DNA of 64,000 nucleotides from Ptychomitrium polyphyllum (lineage: Eukaryota), in NCBI GenBank assembly GCA_973851085.1, contig OZ316775.1, positions 9,858,001 to 9,922,000 of the forward strand. The letters are read 5' to 3'. Below, piece after piece: positions 59,093-64,000 of the stretch (within the stretch, counting starts at the first letter, position 1; the number at the start of each line of letters is the position of its first letter). Both the position numbers and the translations under genes were made by a program. The notes below the pieces were generated by a model. It did no database searches, was not told the DNA's origin, and saw only the letters and a program-made list of their open reading frames with translations.

Positions 59093-62000
59093 ATGCTTTG
59101 CCTTTCAAAGCTATGCCCAACACTTTAAGGCTTGCTACTATGACCAAATGGCTCCAATCAAGGCTAAGAGAGATTAAACAAGCCAATTTTTGTTTTTTCT
59201 ATACATTAAGTTATTTGTGTTCTATAGACACAAGTTTAAAATGTGGCGGAAAAGAAGCATTTTGGTTACCATGTTCCTTCAAAGCCATAGTCTTTCTTAA
59301 TAATTTAATGTACAATGAATTATGTTGTTACTTCCATCCAAATATCTATATGGATATTTAAAAAAAACTTGCCAATGTTATCCAACCTATTGACATCTAG
59401 CCTATGACATCCAACCTAATATTCTCACTTATTTGTAAAACATTAAAAAAAAAACAACATATGGCTTTTTTTCAAGTAGCAAATTGTAAACAAGTTTTTT
59501 CAATGTCTACCTTAACTTAATTGATGAAACCATTGGAAGTAGATGCTCATACACAGTATCACTCGTACATGACCATCTTACTCAACAATTAAGAATACAT
59601 GTGTTTTTTTTTTAAGCATTCATGTTAAGGATAATTACTGAATAAAATGCTACTATTAGACTAATTATTTAATTTGAGCTTGTAAATTTTGTAGAAATAA
59701 AGGAATTAAAAGGACTAAGATAATTGTTATATTTATTTTATAATACCTTAGTTTTATGTCTATAAAATATTGTTGTAGAAATATTGAAGTATTTCCTTCA
59801 TAATAGAGAAAAACAAATCTTCAAATTATATAATATTGCATCTTTTAACTATATCAATTAATCAATAAAAGATTTTATTTTAAACAAAAATATTGACTTA
59901 AATAAAGTGAGTATTTATTCTATCCTTGGACTTGGTTCATATTATATTAGACAATCAAGTAAAGAGGCCATTGCATTTTTTAAATGATGGCATTTAACAT
60001 AAGGTTTTATAAGAAAAATAGAAATAAAAGTATAATAAAAGTGAGACTAGTAAATAATCAAAAAGTAAAACTAAAAAACATCAAAATCTATTATTTTAAA
60101 AAATAAAATCTAAAATAGTTAAATAATTAAACAATAAAACTATAAAAGATTAAAAAATAAAATAAAAAAGTGATTTTAAAAATAATAATAATAATTTTGA
60201 TATGTGCAAGACAGAATTATAAGGTTTTTTTTGTACTACTTATAAAATCAAAAATGTATAACTTCTATCATTCAAAATTTTATATTTTTTTACCACTAAT
60301 CAATAAAAAATAACCAATAATCATACAACCAAGAATCAATAGAATATATTTAAATTTGAATTTATGTAATTTTATTTAGTTCTTATGTAATGATTTCTCG
60401 GTCATGAAATTAATGTTGATGTAGATGTGAGTGTGTTTTCATATGTTTAGTTTTTTTTATAACTTAATCAGCTTTTTGATTAATTATGGATATGTAGTTG
60501 CTTGATACTTGGGAATGAGTAATTGCAAGGCAAGAAATCATTTATACCAATCATTAGGCTTGTTTTAGAATTTGTAACAATGTAATTTAAATGTTTGCAT
60601 AATAAAAAAAGATTTGTACAACTACCAAATTCTTATTATAATTCATAGTGGCTCTTATAAATTTTAAAAAATTAACTATTTTTTATGTTTTCTTTTGTAA
60701 AAAAAATTAATATAATAGAAAACATGACTATTGTGTTAAGGTGTTGAAAGCATGATTGATCAATGTTATAGAAATATAAATTATTACTTCAAATATTTAA
60801 ACTAAAATGATATCAAGGCTATTTTTACACTAGCTATAATCATTATGATTATAATGGATTATTATGCAATACTCCATCATCTTATAATAATGTTCTTTAT
60901 TAGTGGTTAAAATTTGTTTATTTTTATAACAAAATAGAATTGGAAGAATGTATTTTTGCAATAAATAAGTTTATTAAATTTAATAATATAAATAAGGTTT
61001 AGATGTTATAGGGTGCATGTTGATAAAAAAAATTCTTATATATAAAATAATTAGTTAAAATGAACATGCATGAAGGTATTAGAATTTTAAAATATTCAAT
61101 TTGCAAACATTTAAAAACAAAGACCAAGTTATAATTTTTCAAATAAATATTGAAATAGATTTGAAACCATGAAGTTTAAATATCTTCTTTCCAAATTTAT
61201 TCAAAAATCATTTTACATAGTGTTTTTGTATAACATATCATGTAGTATATAAAATTTAGAATGTTTTTTGGATTCAATTACAATTAGATAAAATTATATT
61301 TAGTAAAATGCTTGAATATTCATTGGACTTCATTGTATTTAAATTTTTTTCATTTCATTTGGTTCTTACACTCCTAAATAGAACCAAATTGTGTAAACAC
61401 ATTTTTTCATCAATTACAAAGCTTAATTTTTTTTAAAAAATTACTTATATATTGCACTCAAACTTTACTAGATAAGAAGCTTTAAATGGGCATATAATTG
61501 TATCAAAAAGACATATTTTATGTACATTAGATCAATTTTTTTTGTGTTTTACTAATGTACTGAATAAAACCTAGCATAAATAATAGTGTTAGGTTTCTAC
61601 CTTAATGTCAGTTTGCATGAGGGTCAAAGTGATGAGACATAAAGAAATGAAGAGTTCCATTGGTAGATAACTTTGATACCTTTTAATTGGATTTGTGTTA
61701 AATAAAATACAAGCCATTCTTTTTGCTAATTTTGGTGGATGAAAAATCTACTTGGAATCTTTTATAATGGACATGGATAATATTTTCTTTAACTCAAGGA
61801 GACTCATTTCAAGCAAATTTTGAAGGTTCCTAAGTTTAAAAAGCTAAAATTAATTATAATATAAAATATTAAAAAACCAAAAATAATGCATTTTAAGAAA
61901 AAATATGAGCAATAAAAAGCTTCAAAGATAAAATTTATTCTAAATCATTTCCACTAAAATAATTCATTTAATTTTATTTAAGGTTTGTATTATTATCATT

Positions 62001-62311
62001 CTCATATTCCCTTTACAACCAATCATTATCCTCTTATTGAGACATGCACCTAAACTTTGGATCAAAATCCACTCAAAATCCTTTGTATGGAAAGAACCCT
62101 ACAGCCAACGGTCTCATCCTCCAAGCAAAGTACAACTCGGGTCTGAAGGGTTAGAGCCCAAGCTCTCCAGTGTGAACAGGCCCTTACCGTGGGCCAACAC
62201 GAAATACAAAGGTGTGAACCGCAATCGACGGAGGACAAAGGAGCGCCGTGCGAAAGGGGCAGTGAAACAGGGGAACGTGACCTAGAACGAGGAACCGAAC
62301 GATGGGGAGAG

Positions 62312-62385
62312 AAACCCTAAACGGGAGGGAGGGGGGCCGTATGAAGCCCTAGCTGGGCCAAACTCTTGCTCTCTTCCTCGCTCGC
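62312..62385 (+). promoter_or_regulatory. Ribosomal-protein promoter: telo-box, site II-like motif, pyrimidine-rich TSS region
   Basis: AAACCCTAA 62312-62320, TGGGCC 62354-62359, CTCTTGCTCTCTTCCTCGCTC just downstream. Confidence 0.6.
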
Positions 62386-62438
62386 ACTCGGCCCTGCTCT
62401 CGCTCCGCCCGGCGCATCTACACCTCCAGCCTCTCACC

Positions 62439-63963
62439 ATGGTTCGTTCCGCGAGCCGTTCTGCTTGTTTCCATTCGTCATTCTTGTTTCTGTTGTTGCT
62501 CAAGTCTTTCTTCACGCGGTTCTTGTGGCTGCCGCTTGCGCGCTCTTCTGCGGCAGCCGTTCCGTTTAGGGTTTCATTCCGCTTCGTGGTGCCGACACCT
62601 TTCATGGGGTCGGAGTGATGGGTTTTTTTGGATGCCGTGTGGTTGTTGAGTGGGCTGGCGAGGTTTAGGGTATAGCTGGCTGTTTGAGTACCCTATGGCT
62701 TGTCGGGGAGTTGGTTTGGGTCGGTGGTTGTAGTTTTAGGGTTTGTAGGGTTTGTCGTGTTTTTTAAAGAGAGCAAGGTTTTGGTTGTTCTTGCGGGTAC
62801 GTGTGTTTGAATCTGATGTTGGAAGGGGTGTGATGTGATCTTGTTTTGTGCAGGTGAAGTACGCGAGGGATCCAGACAATTCGACCAAGGGTGAGTCGTC
62901 CTCCTGGCTGATATATGTTATGGGTTTGGGATGGCTTTGCTCCCTGGGTGAGGGGTTGATGTTATGTAGTCGAAAGTCGAGTTTTGAGGATTGATTTCTC
63001 ACATGGATGTGTTGTTTTTGGTATGATTACAGCCTGCAAGGCCAGGGGGTCTGATTTGCGAGTGCACTTCAAGGTACAGTTTTCTTGGTTTCCACTTCTG
63101 TGTATCGTGTGGGCAAGCATTTGGCATTTGACATTTTAGGGTTTAGACTCAGAAGTGAGGTGGTATGCAACGAATGGGTTACGATATGGCTGCGGGAAAT
63201 GCCAGTAAATTGACAGCATGTTGTTTCCTGATCCAGAACACCAGAGAGGCAGCGCAAGCCATCAAGCATATGGAGTTGGCGAAGGCCAAGAGGTACCTTG
63301 AGGACGTGTGCGCTCACAAGCAAGCCATCCCGTTTCGTAGGTTCTGCGGTGGTGTGGGGCGTACTGCTCAGGCGAAGGCCCGCCACTCGAATGGTCAGGG
63401 ACGCTGGCCAGTGAAGTCAGCCCAGTTCTTGCTGGGTCTGTTGAAGAACGCCGAGAGCAACGCAGAGGTGCGTAGTGGGGAGTAAAGTTGATGTTAAGTA
63501 ATATGTTGAGAAATCAACATGGATTGAATTTTCATTGATCGGGTATTTAGGGGACTAGCCAGGGGATTGAAACAAATATGGCTATTTTTTATGATGTGCA
63601 GGTGAAGGGTCTGGACGTGGACACTCTGTGCGTATCTCACATTCAAGTGAACCAAGCACAGAGGCAGCGCAGGCGTACTTACCGTGCTCACGGACGTATC
63701 AACCGTAAGTGTTATTTTCCTGATTTTCTGAATTTAATCGCCCATTTGTCATTTGTTCTTTTGCTATCTAAGGCAGTATTCTCAGTGGTACTGAAAGTTG
63801 GGTTGGCTGGGATATTGCAGCTTACATGTCCTCTCCTTGCCACATTGAGCTGATCCTTTCTGAGAAGGAGGCTCCGGTAAAGAAGGAAGCGGAAGAGGTT
63901 GCTGCACCACGCAAGAAGAACCAAGGACGTCTGCGCAGCGGCGCCACTTCTGCCACGGCTTAG
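62439..63963 (+). CDS. RPL17: 60S ribosomal protein L17 (uL22)
   Basis: Exons 62439-62441 (ATG only), 62854-62890, 63033-63073, 63237-63467, 63602-63704, 63821-63963. Reads [63 protein letters not shown]. Confidence 0.97.
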
Positions 63964-64000
63964 GATTGCCCGTGCTGATGCAGTGATGACAGACACGTTT

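Overview
Eukaryotic land-plant nuclear DNA, most likely a moss (inferred from gene structure, GC-rich genes in AT-rich spacers, and plant-type Nup98, PGSIP and HMA proteins). The first 24 kb hold a fused Nup98-Nup96 polyprotein gene (CDS 1014-12142, +). A tandem partial paralog follows (CDS 17282-23728, +) that encodes only Nup98 plus a short tail after the HF|S autocleavage site. The two copies look identical over about 6.5 kb, introns included. Their promoters, a ~90-bp island in the 5'UTR intron and everything after the last shared splice donor are deeply diverged, and the shared tract is much more G/GC-rich than the unique Nup96 part. This suggests an old duplication kept identical by ongoing, possibly GC-biased, gene conversion, giving a second source of identical Nup98 without Nup96. 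This is the main candidate for an undescribed system. The rest of the window has a plastid/Tat-targeted class I SAM methyltransferase, an HMA-domain protein, a TXNDC17/Clot-like thioredoxin, an intron-containing alpha-tubulin pseudogene and a GT8 PGSIP7/8-like glycosyltransferase. It also has a ~420-bp dispersed direct repeat around unidentified exon relics, a degenerate mitochondrial rrn18 fragment (NUMT) and RPL17. Exon boundaries were traced by eye from splice signals and frame continuity.
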